This document shows, piece by piece, positions 31,216 through 39,874 of a stretch of 64,000 nucleotides of DNA. How positions within the stretch are numbered: the first letter of the stretch is position 1; each line of letters opens with the position of its first letter. The translations under genes and the position numbers were made by a program. The notes below the pieces were generated by a model. That model saw nothing but the letters and a program-made list of their open reading frames with translations. It was not told where the DNA came from and did not search any database. The stretch is from Candidatus Aminicenantes bacterium (GTDB taxonomy: Bacteria > Acidobacteriota > Aminicenantia > UBA2199), in assembly GCA_029938635.1 (NCBI GenBank), contig JAOZUQ010000003.1:34786-98785 (forward strand), read 5' to 3'.

Positions 31216-32994
31216 TTGTTCATTTCAAACCTGGACTGGGTAATTATTATATTTGTACTTCTTATCTCACTTTTTATAGGTATCCTTTCAATGAAAAGAG
31301 CAGGGAAAAATCCTGATGAATATTTTGCAGGCGGCAAGAACATGCCGTGGTGGCTTCTGGGTATATCGATGGTTGCGACAACATTCTCAACAGATACACC
31401 CAATCTTGTTACAGATATTGTAAGGGAACACGGAGTCTCAGGTAATTGGGTATGGTTTGCATTTCTCCTTACCGGGATGTTCACCGTTTATGTTTATGCA
31501 AAATTATGGAAAAGGTCAGGCGTTCTGACCGATATCGAATTCTACGAACTCAGATATAGTGGTAAGAGCGCTGCATTTCTCAGAGGATTCAGGTCTATCT
31601 ATCTTGGGGTTTTATTTAACATTATTGTAATGGCAGCAGTGACCCTTGCTGCAATTAAGATCGGCAATATCCTGCTGGGCCTCAGGCCCATTGAGACAGT
31701 GATGTTTACAGGGATCATCATCGTGATCTATAGTTCACTCGGGGGATTGAGAGGAGTGCTGATCACAGATTTTTTTCAATTCTTTCTAGCAATGTCAGGT
31801 TCCATCTATCTTATGTTCCATTCTGTTAAGAAAGCAGGAGGTATGGAAAAGATTGTTAATAGTGAATTTGTGGTTGGTAAGCTTAGTCTCCTCCCGGATT
31901 TCAAGGATACGGAAACCCTGATCGCCCTGTTCGTGATCCCTATTGCGGTTCAATGGTGGGCGGTCTGGTATTCAGGCTTTGAACCAGGCGGTGGTGGATA
32001 CATTGCTCAGAGAATGTTTGCAGCAAAAGATGAGAAAAATGCATTAAATGCTACTTTACTTTTTAATATATCAAATTTCGCCCTTCGCCCATGGCCCTGG
32101 ATAATCACGGCTCTGGCATCATTGGTGATCTTTCCCGACCTGGCCTCATTATCATCAGCATTTCCCCATCTTGATCCGGAACTTATAAGAAATGATATCG
32201 CCTACCCTGCTATGATCACATTCCTCCCTCCGGGAATAATGGGATTAGTCCTTGCTTCCCTGATTGCTGCATACATGTCTACAATCTCCACTCATCTCAA
32301 TTGGGGCTCATCATACATAGTTAATGATTTCTACAAAAGATTCATCAAAAAAGATGCTGGTGACAGGGAACTCGTTCGGATCGGGAGAATATCTACTGCA
32401 ATATTGATGGTAGCTGCAAGTTTTATGGCACTCTTTCTTGAAAATGCTCTTCAGGCATTTAATATCCTTTTACAGATCGGTGCCGGAACAGGCCTTCTCT
32501 TCATGCTCAGATGGTTCTGGTGGAGAATAAATGCGATAAGTGAACTATCTGCAATGATCTCGGCCCTCAGTATAGCAATATATTTTGAATTTATTCACTC
32601 TGCAATAGGTTTTGCTGAACCGGCGAACTGGGTCAAACTCCTCTCCGCAGTAATAATTACGACTATTATCTGGATAACAGCTACATTTCTTACGAAGCCG
32701 TCCGATCATGAAGCTCTTCTGAAATTTTACAAAAAAATACAACCTGGAGGATGGGGCTGGAATGGTTTTATCAACATGATGGCAAAAAGAGGGGTCATTG
32801 TTAAAAAAGCAGACAAAGAGAAAGGGGAATTTGCACAAAAACTATTAAAAATTTTTCTCGGGACATTTTCCGTCTATTCATTCCTGTTCTCAATAGGATT
32901 CTGGATCGAACAAAAACAACTCCCGATGACAGTATCAATTGTTGTCTTTTTCATATCAACAATATCATTATGGAAAAGTCAGAAAAAAATATAA
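31216..32994 (+). CDS. Sodium:solute symporter (SSS) family transporter
   Basis: About 13 TM and a family-typical N-terminus (DWVIIIFVLL...AGKNPDEYFAGGKNMPWW). Start moved to the TTG at 31216, 7 nt after a perfect AAGGAGG (31202-31208). The track start at 31153 is also a TTG, with no SD. Confidence 0.85.
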   Translation: MFISNLDWVIIIFVLLISLFIGILSMKRAGKNPDEYFAGGKNMPWWLLGISMVATTFSTDTPNLVTDIVREHGVSGNWVWFAFLLTGMFTVYVYAKLWKRSGVLTDIEFYELRYSGKSAAFLRGFRSIYLGVLFNIIVMAAVTLAAIKIGNILLGLRPIETVMFTGIIIVIYSSLGGLRGVLITDFFQFFLAMSGSIYLMFHSVKKAGGMEKIVNSEFVVGKLSLLPDFKDTETLIALFVIPIAVQWWAVWYSGFEPGGGGYIAQRMFAAKDEKNALNATLLFNISNFALRPWPWIITALASLVIFPDLASLSSAFPHLDPELIRNDIAYPAMITFLPPGIMGLVLASLIAAYMSTISTHLNWGSSYIVNDFYKRFIKKDAGDRELVRIGRISTAILMVAASFMALFLENALQAFNILLQIGAGTGLLFMLRWFWWRINAISELSAMISALSIAIYFEFIHSAIGFAEPANWVKLLSAVIITTIIWITATFLTKPSDHEALLKFYKKIQPGGWGWNGFINMMAKRGVIVKKADKEKGEFAQKLLKIFLGTFSVYSFLFSIGFWIEQKQLPMTVSIVVFFISTISLWKSQKKI

Positions 32995-33010
32995 TTTTAA
33001 AGGAGATAAA

Positions 33011-33703
33011 ATGAGAACTATTGGCCTTTTGGGAGGAATGACATCGGAATCTTCAGCAGAATATTACAAACTTATAAACACTTTTGTACGTAAAGAACTG
33101 GGCGGGAACCATTCGGCAAAAAGTGTGATGGTATCGGTAGATTTCGGGGAGATGGAGCCGCTGATGGAATCCGGAGAGTGGGAAAAGCTGAAAAGTGAGC
33201 TTACAGAAACCGCCCGTCAGATAGAGAGCGGTGGTGCAGATTTTCTTGTGATCTGCACAAACACTATCCATAAGTTTGCCGATCATATCCAAAACTCCCT
33301 GAGCATCCCTCTCCTGAACATAATTGATGCTACCGCAGCGAAAATAAAGGAAAGAGGATTTAAAACGATAGGCCTATTGGGAACAAGATTTACAATGGAA
33401 GAAGATTTTTACAAAGGCCGCCTCTTAAAAAAACACGGGATAAGTTCTGTGATCCCGAATGAAGTTGACAGAATAACCATTCACAATGTAATAATGGAGG
33501 AATTATCAATAGGAGTTGTTAGCAACTCCTCAAGAAATAAGTATCTGGAGATCATAAAAAAATTATCAGAAAAGGGAGCTGAAGGGATAATCCTCGGCTG
33601 CACTGAGATTCCTCTTCTGGTAAAGAGTGACGATACCGATATCCCCCTTTTTGACACGACCACGATCCATGCCAGAGCAGCAGTAGATCACGCACTTATG
33701 TAA
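33011..33703 (+). CDS. Aspartate/glutamate racemase family protein
   Basis: MRTIGLLGGMTSESS plus the ICTNT and GCTEIPLL motifs (two catalytic Cys). Start moved to the ATG at 33011, which follows AGGAG (33001). Confidence 0.85.
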   Translation: MRTIGLLGGMTSESSAEYYKLINTFVRKELGGNHSAKSVMVSVDFGEMEPLMESGEWEKLKSELTETARQIESGGADFLVICTNTIHKFADHIQNSLSIPLLNIIDATAAKIKERGFKTIGLLGTRFTMEEDFYKGRLLKKHGISSVIPNEVDRITIHNVIMEELSIGVVSNSSRNKYLEIIKKLSEKGAEGIILGCTEIPLLVKSDDTDIPLFDTTTIHARAAVDHALM

Positions 33704-33759
33704 TAATGTCCCTCACTTCCATCCATCCCAGGCTACTTTCTCTTCGCATAAGAAATTTG

Positions 33760-33985
33760 GGGACGGTCTTTTAATTTTTTAATTTTTTGAATCTATAGCT
33801 GTTACAGGGTCGGTCTTTTGAAGTATTGATTTGTCATGTGATATGGAGTACGTCATAACTTTTTAACAATTACAAGATAAAAACGTCTGAACCATGAATC
33901 GTGTGATTAAAGAATAAACACTTTATTTTCAACTGAATAGAAGAAAAGAAGATCGCAAAAAATTAAAAAATTAAAAGACCGTCCC
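33760..33985. repeat. 226-bp non-coding element bounded by perfect 30-bp inverted repeats (MITE-like or long-stem RNA)
   Basis: Left arm 33760-33789 is GGGACGGTCTTTTAATTTTTTAATTTTTTG. Right arm 33956-33985 is its exact reverse complement. A partial third copy, GGGTCGGTCTTTTG, sits at about 33808-33821. Confidence 0.7.
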
Positions 33986-34128
33986 TCATCAGTGACTGAA
34001 CCTGTCGAAGCTACCATCTCATAATATGACATCTTTTGAAAATGTTACAACTTTTATCTTAAACTATTTAGGCAATTGCATAATTAGGTAATTATACAAT
34101 TGGCTCATAATCTGATATATTTTTACCA

Positions 34129-35238
34129 ATGAAAATTGGTTATGACATAAGGCCGTTCCTTTCAGGAGAGACCGGTGTAGGAGTATATTTTAAAAATCTC
34201 CTTCATGCAATGTCAAAAATAAACAGAGATGATATTTTTTATTTATTCTCATCTTCATTTAAAGAGAGATTCCCGGAGGAATTACTCCCGGATTTTAAAA
34301 ACCGGAAATTCAAAAACTTCCGGATACCTGTATCTCTCCTCAATTTTCTCTGGTTCAGGCTCTCTCTTCCTCCAATGGGAATATTCTTCGGGGATCGGCT
34401 TGATATGACCCATTCACCGAATCCTCTCTACATTCCCGGGGGAAAGAAAAAAATAATTACAGTTCACGACCTCTCTTTTATGGACTCCCCGGATCTGGCA
34501 ATGCCTGATGCTACAAGATACTTTTCAAAAAGGATCGGCAGATCTATAAAGAAAGCTGATGCGATCATTGCAGTTTCTGAATTTACAAGATCAAGGATAA
34601 AGGAAATTTTTGGAAAAAACGCTTATGAAAAAACATCTGTAATTTACCACGGATCGGATATCAATGAAGTGACAGAAAAAAAACCATCATTTGAAGTCCC
34701 GAAAAAATACTTTCTCTTTACCGGGACCATTGAGCCAAGGAAAAACCTGGCGGTACTTATAAGGGGATTCGCACTTGTTTTAAAGGAACTGAAGGGGATT
34801 AAACTTATCCTGGCAGGGAAAGAGGGGTCACAAGCCTCAGAGATCAGGAGGCTTATATCGGTATTGAAACTGGAAGAGAATATTACTATAACAGGCTATA
34901 TTCCGAGGGAAGAACTAAAATATCTTTATGTTCATGCTGATTCTCTGGTATTCCCCTCCCATTATGAGGGATTCGGGTTACCTGTACTTGAAGCTGCATT
35001 TTCAGGAATTCCATCTATCGTATCTGACATTGAGGTGTTAAGGGAAATTTTCAAAGAATACCCTGTCTATTTTGACAAGGATGATCCTGAAAGCCTCACA
35101 AAAGCATTGATCCTGATTTCTTCTGATAACAAACTCCGTGATAAAAAAAAGAGAGAGGGAATAGAAACCGGAAAAAAATTCAGCTGGGAGAAAGCTGCAA
35201 AACAAACTCTGGAGCTGTATGATAAAACAGGAAAATGA
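34129..35238 (+). CDS. Glycosyltransferase family 4 (GT-B fold)
   Basis: 369 aa with the EX7E-type motif EGFGLPVLEAAFSGIP and a typical GT4 layout. Confidence 0.85.
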   Translation: MKIGYDIRPFLSGETGVGVYFKNLLHAMSKINRDDIFYLFSSSFKERFPEELLPDFKNRKFKNFRIPVSLLNFLWFRLSLPPMGIFFGDRLDMTHSPNPLYIPGGKKKIITVHDLSFMDSPDLAMPDATRYFSKRIGRSIKKADAIIAVSEFTRSRIKEIFGKNAYEKTSVIYHGSDINEVTEKKPSFEVPKKYFLFTGTIEPRKNLAVLIRGFALVLKELKGIKLILAGKEGSQASEIRRLISVLKLEENITITGYIPREELKYLYVHADSLVFPSHYEGFGLPVLEAAFSGIPSIVSDIEVLREIFKEYPVYFDKDDPESLTKALILISSDNKLRDKKKREGIETGKKFSWEKAAKQTLELYDKTGK

Positions 35239-35284
35239 GAATTCTTCCCTGGAACAAAATGCCGGGGAATTCCCTCTATTTTTC
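35239..35284 (+). terminator. Putative rho-independent terminator after the GT4 gene
   Basis: Imperfect hairpin GAATTCttCCCtGG / CCGGGGAATTC (35239-35272), followed by CTCTATTTTT. Confidence 0.4.
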
Positions 35285-35309
35285 AACCATTTAATACTAA
35301 GGAGAAAAT

Positions 35310-36398
35310 ATGAAAAAAGTTGATCTGAGAAAACTATCTTCGGTCTCATCTGCAGAACGGGCATTCCTTACAATATACATATCTGAAAAAAGTACGAGAG
35401 AAGATGTAGAGAAAGCACTGAACATAAAAAAGAAAGTTTTAAAAAAGGGGACAGACGATTTTGAATACTTCTCTGAAAATTACAGGATAATCATGGATGA
35501 TATTGAAAAAAATCCTGTAAAAAAGGGAAACCATGCCATTTTTTGTTGTTGGGCACTCGATTATTATGAAAGAATAGCTCTCAAAATGGCTGTTGAAGAT
35601 CTGATCCGGATAGATTCATCACCCTATATTCTTCCTTTAGCTCAATTTGAAGATGAATATGAGAATTATCTTGTAATTGCAGCTTCCAATGAGAAGACTA
35701 AGATTTATATGGTTGCAGGTCAGAAGACAATAAAAGAAGATGATATTAAAGGAAATATTAAGAACCATGTAAAAGTCGGGGGCTGGTCACAACAGAGGTA
35801 TGAACGGAGACGGGATAAAGAATTTTCAGTGTATGTCAAAGACATTGTGGAAAAGATTCGGGACCTGGCCAAAGGGATCGACTTCCGCCGGATAGTCATT
35901 GTAGGCTCAAAAGAAACGATAAGGGAATTAGGAGATGTGCTGCCTGATGATCTGAAAAAACTTGTAGTGGGTGAAAAAGCTCTTGATCTGAAGAAAGATG
36001 AGAAATCTGTGAATGAAGAGATCTTCAGACTCCTTTGGGAAGAAGAGAGGAGGACAGAGAGAGAACTCTGGAACAGGACAAAGAGCCTCTACCTGAAGGG
36101 AGAATTGGGAGTGACAGGAACTTATGATGTCCTCTATTTTGCAAAAAGAGGAAGGGTCGATAGTGTTATTGTTAATAAGAATGCTGACCTTAAAGGTATC
36201 AGATGCAGGGATTGTGAAGAGTTATCAGATAGTAAAACTGACAAATGTCCCGAGTGCGGATCCTCCTCCATATTCGAGATAGATCTTGTCAATGAGATAA
36301 CAGAATTGTTGAAACTCTCCGGGGGTGAGATCGAATTTGCCGAAAATATTGATGAATTAAAAGATGCTGGAGATATTGCTGCTATATTAAGATATTAA
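35310..36398 (+). CDS. eRF1/Pelota-like (bacterial aeRF1-type) protein with an inserted zinc ribbon; GGW replaces GGQ
   Basis: 362 aa. HVKVGGWSQQRYERRR aligns with the eRF1 motif GRGGQSALRFARLR. The C-terminal GDIAAILRY matches the eRF1/Pelota terminal GGIGAILRY. A CxxC...CxxC ribbon (CRDCEE...CPECG) lies in domain 3. Confidence 0.7.
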   Translation: MKKVDLRKLSSVSSAERAFLTIYISEKSTREDVEKALNIKKKVLKKGTDDFEYFSENYRIIMDDIEKNPVKKGNHAIFCCWALDYYERIALKMAVEDLIRIDSSPYILPLAQFEDEYENYLVIAASNEKTKIYMVAGQKTIKEDDIKGNIKNHVKVGGWSQQRYERRRDKEFSVYVKDIVEKIRDLAKGIDFRRIVIVGSKETIRELGDVLPDDLKKLVVGEKALDLKKDEKSVNEEIFRLLWEEERRTERELWNRTKSLYLKGELGVTGTYDVLYFAKRGRVDSVIVNKNADLKGIRCRDCEELSDSKTDKCPECGSSSIFEIDLVNEITELLKLSGGEIEFAENIDELKDAGDIAAILRY

Positions 36399-36697
36399 GA
36401 TTCAGCTAAAAATTTTTTTACAAACTCAACATATTCTTTTGGAGGGTCTTTTAATTTTATTCCAATATCTGAAAGTTCAGGATACTTTTTATTCCAGCCT
36501 TCCCAGGCAATTTCTCCTGTTAGAATAAATTCCGTTTTATCCAGTATCAATGTTATTTTTATCTCTTCTTCAACAGGTTTTTGGGATATGGAAACACCTA
36601 AACCGTCTTCAGAAAGATCTATTAGAAATCCTTCAATTCCATTTACTATCAAAAAGGATTTCTGCCGTATTCTATTGAAGTTTCTCCTTTCCATCAT
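36395..36697 (-). CDS. Single-domain PilZ protein (c-di-GMP receptor-like)
   Basis: 100 aa with RRNFNR (RxxxR) and DLSEDGLGV (D/NxSxxG), the PilZ signatures. Confidence 0.75.
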   Translation of the reverse strand: MMERRNFNRIRQKSFLIVNGIEGFLIDLSEDGLGVSISQKPVEEEIKITLILDKTEFILTGEIAWEGWNKKYPELSDIGIKLKDPPKEYVEFVKKFLAES

Positions 36698-36784
36698 TTT
36701 ATTTTGGCGGCAGATACTTTGTCTATCCGTTCTTCTTGTTTTATATCATATGCCATCAACACTCATTTTAACAAAAAATTAATA

Positions 36785-37909
36785 TCATTTACCAGTTTTA
36801 TTTTCAATTCCTGATTTTCTTGCATGTGCTGTCTTACAAAATGAATCTACCCATTTATCGAAAGAACCGGTTTCAAGATAAGTGTGGGCGGGACACCACA
36901 GGCAGAGATTGATAATATTGCATGAGTGGCATTTCGCATGAAATTCGGGATTCTCGGATCTGGTATCAAGCACATTCGGCACAAAATTTTCCCATGCGTC
37001 TTTTAATGATCCTTTTTTCAGATCATAGATGAAATCCGGATGCCATAATGATGAGCACAATCGGAAGATCCCATCCGGGCTGACCGTAAAACTGCTCTGA
37101 CCCGCCCCGCAATGGAAAAGGTGATCACAATTATGATGTCCATCACCTTCAAAAATAAATTCATCACAATTCTCTTTGAGACTGGAAGACCTCTCAGGAT
37201 CATCCTGTTCAAGTTTAACTATCTCTTCAGGTGCCAGCCTTTCACTTTTAATTTCTTCATTCCTGGATTCATCTCTGTCATATCTCAAATGGAGCATAGG
37301 GTCGAACTTGTAATAATCTTTTGTCCTCTCTTTGCAAAAAGTTTCAATCTTTTTAAATTCATTTAGATTTGACCTTAACGCCATTGTTTTGAGGCGTACT
37401 TTGATACCATTATCCAGGAGCAGGTTAAGGCCATTCATAAACTTCCTGAAAGAACCCGGGACTCTGGATACTTTTTCATATGTTTCTTCAGTGACCCCGT
37501 AAACAGTTATCTCAATTTCTCTGGGGGGGTATTTCCTGAACAATTCTATATGGGTTTCATTAATGAGGCAGGCAGAAGTAAAAACAGATACAAGAAGGCC
37601 CTTCTTTTTAAGCATCATATAAATATCCTGAAAATCTTCTCTCAATAGAGGTTCACCCCCGGAAATAAGGCACCAGAGGGCGCCAAGCTCAATAGCCTGA
37701 TCGGTAATACTTTCCAGTTCTTTCAATGAAAGCTCTTTGGATTTTGCTTCTTTATCACCGGCAGGAAGATTTATATAACAATGACGACAATTGTTTGAGC
37801 ATCTGGAAGTGATCTCCAGGTCGAATGAAGCCAGTATCCTCTTTTTATTTAATTTTTTCCATAAAGGGAAATCTTTGAGATCAGACAATTCTGAATATTC
37901 AGTTCCCAT
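36785..37909 (-). CDS. Radical SAM / SPASM-domain peptide-modifying enzyme (third of three)
   Basis: 374 aa with CxxxCxxC in ITSRCSNNCRHC, plus GGEPLL. Cys-rich C-terminal region reads CGAGQSSFTVSPDGIFRLC...CHSCNIINLCLWCPAH. Confidence 0.85.
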   Translation of the reverse strand: MGTEYSELSDLKDFPLWKKLNKKRILASFDLEITSRCSNNCRHCYINLPAGDKEAKSKELSLKELESITDQAIELGALWCLISGGEPLLREDFQDIYMMLKKKGLLVSVFTSACLINETHIELFRKYPPREIEITVYGVTEETYEKVSRVPGSFRKFMNGLNLLLDNGIKVRLKTMALRSNLNEFKKIETFCKERTKDYYKFDPMLHLRYDRDESRNEEIKSERLAPEEIVKLEQDDPERSSSLKENCDEFIFEGDGHHNCDHLFHCGAGQSSFTVSPDGIFRLCSSLWHPDFIYDLKKGSLKDAWENFVPNVLDTRSENPEFHAKCHSCNIINLCLWCPAHTYLETGSFDKWVDSFCKTAHARKSGIENKTGK

Positions 37910-38405
37910 TTAAATCCTTTTTATTTCTGAACAACTTAATAATTTTCACAGCTTTTCTTCTTAGATTCATTATGAAAGGATAAAATTTTAATAGAATTGC
38001 ATGAATAAAAAAATTATCCACCATACCTGCACAAAATTTAGTCCTCCCGTTCCTTTCAATTCCTGTGACTACACCATATATCATATTTCCTGTAACCCAG
38101 CCATCAGATTCATCAGAGTTATCTCCTCTCATGAGATAGTTACTGCTCCTCTTTTCTATTATACGATGAACTACTATTTGTGAATTTTTTTCTTTTCTAA
38201 AAAGGACTATATCTCCCCTTATCAGATCTCTGTCAGGCAAAGGAGATACGGTTATGACATCATTATGTCTTATTGAAGGGGTCATGCTGTATCCTTTTGC
38301 AGTGAACCTGAGAGATCCCCCTTTCAAATGAACATCCTTCATCAGTTTCAATAAATTCTCACCTGATAAAGAAAGTTCAGCCGATTCCGGAATAACTTCC
38401 ATCAA
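37899..38405 (-). CDS. S26B-like (SipW/Sec11-type signal peptidase fold) protease with no N-terminal TM anchor; candidate leader peptidase
   Basis: 168 aa with the Ser motif KGYSMTPS, the His motif VVHRII and an RGDNSDESD box. No N-terminal hydrophobic segment. Overlaps the next gene by 11 nt. Confidence 0.65.
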   Translation of the reverse strand: MMEVIPESAELSLSGENLLKLMKDVHLKGGSLRFTAKGYSMTPSIRHNDVITVSPLPDRDLIRGDIVLFRKEKNSQIVVHRIIEKRSSNYLMRGDNSDESDGWVTGNMIYGVVTGIERNGRTKFCAGMVDNFFIHAILLKFYPFIMNLRRKAVKIIKLFRNKKDLNGN

Positions 38406-38415
38406 TTTTCTCCTG

Positions 38416-38715
38416 TCAAACGGCCTCTATGATCTGCCTTGATAACAATTCGTTGAGAAAACCTGTAACATCATCTGTTATTCCGCTTGCTTCACTATCA
38501 TATTTCTTTTCTAGTAGATCAATTATCTCCTGGACACTATGTGTCCCGTCAAGATAGCCCCAGACTGCTTTGCCTGTTTCATTGAGGGAAAAGAGATCAT
38601 CTTCTGCATCACCAATTCCTGCAGTAAGAGGAACTATTATGATCTCACCCTCAATTTCTCTTGATACCACATTTTCTGTCAAACGGTATTTTAAATTTTT
38701 ATCTATCTCTGTCAT
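38416..38715 (-). CDS. PqqD-family protein (RiPP recognition element)
   Basis: 99 aa. The pattern ...GEIIIVPL....LFSLNETGKAVWGYLDGTHSVQEIIDLLEKKYD....DVTGFLNELLSRQII matches PqqD/RRE proteins. Overlaps the upstream rSAM gene by 17 nt. Confidence 0.85.
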   Translation of the reverse strand: MTEIDKNLKYRLTENVVSREIEGEIIIVPLTAGIGDAEDDLFSLNETGKAVWGYLDGTHSVQEIIDLLEKKYDSEASGITDDVTGFLNELLSRQIIEAV

Positions 38716-39874
38716 CGCCTTTTTCCTCCAGTTTTTTAATCCTTTCCTTCCAATCTGTTATTTCCCATCCCTTTTCATCTCCTTTTAATAATCCGATATC
38801 TTTTGCCTCTTTATGAGCAACTTTGCACAAATATTCCACAGGGGTATCGAATGTACCATTCTCACTCCATGCACGGGATGGGCATTGCAGACATAAGCCT
38901 TTCAGGAAACAGTTGCTGCATCTATTAAGATATTCCGGATTTGAAGCTTTTACTTTTAATTTTTCAGGAAAAAATTTAAAAATAGCTTCTTTGATCGTCC
39001 CGTCTTTCAGGTCATATGCAAATTCATCCGCCTTGAGGGTCAGACATGGATGAATAAATCCATAAGCATCGACACTACCTGATTGTCCTGCTCCACAGGA
39101 AAACAAATCAGGCCCGGACGGCCCGATGAACTTCTCTAAAAAATCTAATCTGGATCTTGTCAATTCTTTCTTCTCTGCATTAAGATCAGAATTGATTCTA
39201 AGAGAAGCAATTATTTTGTTTTTTGAATCCGAATCCCTCCTCTCCCTGAATTCAAAACTACCGGAATAAGATGGAGACTGATCCATCCACGGCAATGTAG
39301 ATGCCCAGGATTCGAATTCCTCTTTTTCCGATAAATTATCCGGAAGATGTATTCCCTTTACAATAAATGGAATATTAGATTTTAAGAGGAGGCCAACACC
39401 TGACCTGAATTCTTTATAAGATCCGGGGACCCGGGATACTTTCTCATATGATGACCTGCTCATCCCGTACACACTTACTTCCATCTTTTCAAGAGGTGGG
39501 ATCTTTGACAGCAGTTTTGCTATCTCTGAAGTTATTTTTCTGGCATTAGTAAATATTATCACCTTTATCCCCAGCTTCCTGGTAAATAAATAGAGCTCTG
39601 AAAAATCTTTTCTCAAAAGAGGTTCTCCACCGGTAAATCTGATTGACAACACTCCGAGATCTGCGGCCTCACTAATTATTTTTTTCCATTCAGATGTATT
39701 AAGTTCTCTTTTTTGTTCCGGAGAATTTTCAGGAATATTTATACTGCAATGGACACAATTATTATCACACCTTTCGGTGAGTTCAATATCTATATGCCCG
39801 AGCCTGTTTGAACCGGTCGTCATGAAACCATCTTCATGAGGTTTTATTTTTTCTACAAAATCTGAACCATTCAT
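38699..39874 (-). CDS. Radical SAM / SPASM-domain peptide-modifying enzyme (second of three)
   Basis: 391 aa with LTERCDNNCVHC (CxxxCxxC) and GGEPLL. C-terminal region reads CGAGQSGSVDAYGFIHPC...CSNCFLKGLCLQCPSRAW. ATGA overlap with the upstream gene. Confidence 0.85.
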   Translation of the reverse strand: MNGSDFVEKIKPHEDGFMTTGSNRLGHIDIELTERCDNNCVHCSINIPENSPEQKRELNTSEWKKIISEAADLGVLSIRFTGGEPLLRKDFSELYLFTRKLGIKVIIFTNARKITSEIAKLLSKIPPLEKMEVSVYGMSRSSYEKVSRVPGSYKEFRSGVGLLLKSNIPFIVKGIHLPDNLSEKEEFESWASTLPWMDQSPSYSGSFEFRERRDSDSKNKIIASLRINSDLNAEKKELTRSRLDFLEKFIGPSGPDLFSCGAGQSGSVDAYGFIHPCLTLKADEFAYDLKDGTIKEAIFKFFPEKLKVKASNPEYLNRCSNCFLKGLCLQCPSRAWSENGTFDTPVEYLCKVAHKEAKDIGLLKGDEKGWEITDWKERIKKLEEKGDDRDR

